Shown here in pieces: positions 63,127-64,000 of a DNA stretch of 64,000 nucleotides. A program made the position numbers and the translations under genes. How positions within the stretch are numbered: position 1 is the stretch's first letter; each line of letters begins with the position of its first letter. Source of the stretch: an uncultured Acidobacteriota bacterium (lineage in GTDB: Bacteria > Acidobacteriota > Vicinamibacteria > Vicinamibacterales > UBA2999); assembly GCA_963784065.1 (NCBI GenBank), contig CAWAQA010000005.1, forward strand, positions 383,530-447,529, in the 5' to 3' direction. The notes beneath the pieces are model-generated. The model was given only the letters and a program-made list of their open reading frames with translations, searched no databases and had not been told where the DNA came from.

Positions 63127-64000
63127 TCACCACCCGACCCGGATTCCGGTTATCCACGACAGGCCTGAATACGCACCGCCGTCGTTGGCGGCGTCGTTCA
63201 TGTCCGCGTACTGAAGGCCGCTCTGTAACTTGAGCTTGTGGCCGTAGAAGTAGTAGTTCGCGCCAACATACCCTTCGTTGTAGAGGTCACCCCGGCCTTC
63301 AACCACGCGGTTCTCATACGTGCCGAGCGGTACTCCGTTCGGATGAGAACTGTCGAGGAAGGTATAGCGTGCGATGAACTGCAACTTGTCGGTGATGTTG
63401 ACGAACGGCATGCCCATGAAGCCCCAGAGGTCGCTCTGGCCCAGGTACCCGGACCCCGCCGACACGTCGGTTCGCACGCCCCACCTGCCTGCGTCCAGCT
63501 TCAGGTTGATCGACGCGACATGTTCGAGCCGCCGCGTGAACGTGTTATCCGCATCCGGATGCTGGTACACGTAGTTGCCGGTCAGCAGCGCCTCCTTCAC
63601 CCCGAGCGGCTGCGCAAAGTCGTAGCCGAGGACGCCAAGCGTGAACATGCCACCGCTGAACTCTCCGAATTCCCGGTTCGCCTCGCCTGACGAGTACCCG
63701 CCGCCGCGGTACACCCAGCGCCCGACCTTCCCGGAGACGCTGACGCCGGGTATGTACTCCTGCGGAAACCACATGTTGTTCGTCAGGTTGCTGCGATCGA
63801 TGGTGATGAGCTCCCTCGACGAGGTGGCGCCGTCCATCGTGAACGGTACGCCCTGCTTGCCGACGGTGATCGCGAGCTTGCCGCTCCGCGCCCATTGCAG
63901 ATAGAAGTCGGTGAACCGCAGGTAGAACGGGTCCCGCTCCTGAGGGTTCACTTCCACCTCGCCGTGCAGCGTCCACGTGCGGAACAACGTGATTCTCGGA
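63127..64000 (-). CDS. Phosphate-selective (OprO/OprP-like) porin, 5' part beyond window
   Basis: Amphipathic beta strands, GANYYFYGHKLKLQ, terminal aromatic W. Confidence 0.7.
   Translation of the reverse strand, partial: PRITLFRTWTLHGEVEVNPQERDPFYLRFTDFYLQWARSGKLAITVGKQGVPFTMDGATSSRELITIDRSNLTNNMWFPQEYIPGVSVSGKVGRWVYRGGGYSSGEANREFGEFSGGMFTLGVLGYDFAQPLGVKEALLTGNYVYQHPDADNTFTRRLEHVASINLKLDAGRWGVRTDVSAGSGYLGQSDLWGFMGMPFVNITDKLQFIARYTFLDSSHPNGVPLGTYENRVVEGRGDLYNEGYVGANYYFYGHKLKLQSGLQYADMNDAANDGGAYSGLSWITGIRVGW

Overview
A GC-rich, densely coding 64 kb chromosomal segment. Gene content (two Acidobacterial-type VWFA proteins, an Oar-like TonB-dependent receptor, many secreted peptidases) suggests Acidobacteriota, probably Vicinamibacterales-like; this is inference. 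Single-base indels split many ordinary genes (acs, ino1, polA, serC, malQ, kbl-like, M1 peptidase, nuoG-like), most densely at about 2-9 kb and 54-63 kb. These look like long-read consensus errors, not pseudogenes. About 50 CDS are recognisable, mostly housekeeping, envelope and peptide-utilisation genes. No rRNA, tRNA, CRISPR array, integrase or transposase was seen. The most unusual signal is non-coding. About 20 gene junctions carry short-period tandem arrays (7-mers such as CGGGCTT, GGCAGCC, CAACTCC, TCAGGCC, CTTCAGT, CGATTCG, plus 8-mers such as CACAGAGR). Most are arranged as inverted pairs, and many start at or overlap a stop or start codon. One pair (CAACTCC / GGAGTTG) encloses a four-helix-bundle (23S rRNA IVP / Avd-like) gene at 44740-45119, and the same repeat family occurs empty elsewhere. 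A separate family of GTAG/GTGG-type REP palindromes occurs singly, as doublets, nested inside the heptamer elements, and once as an in-frame cluster inside a membrane-protein gene.
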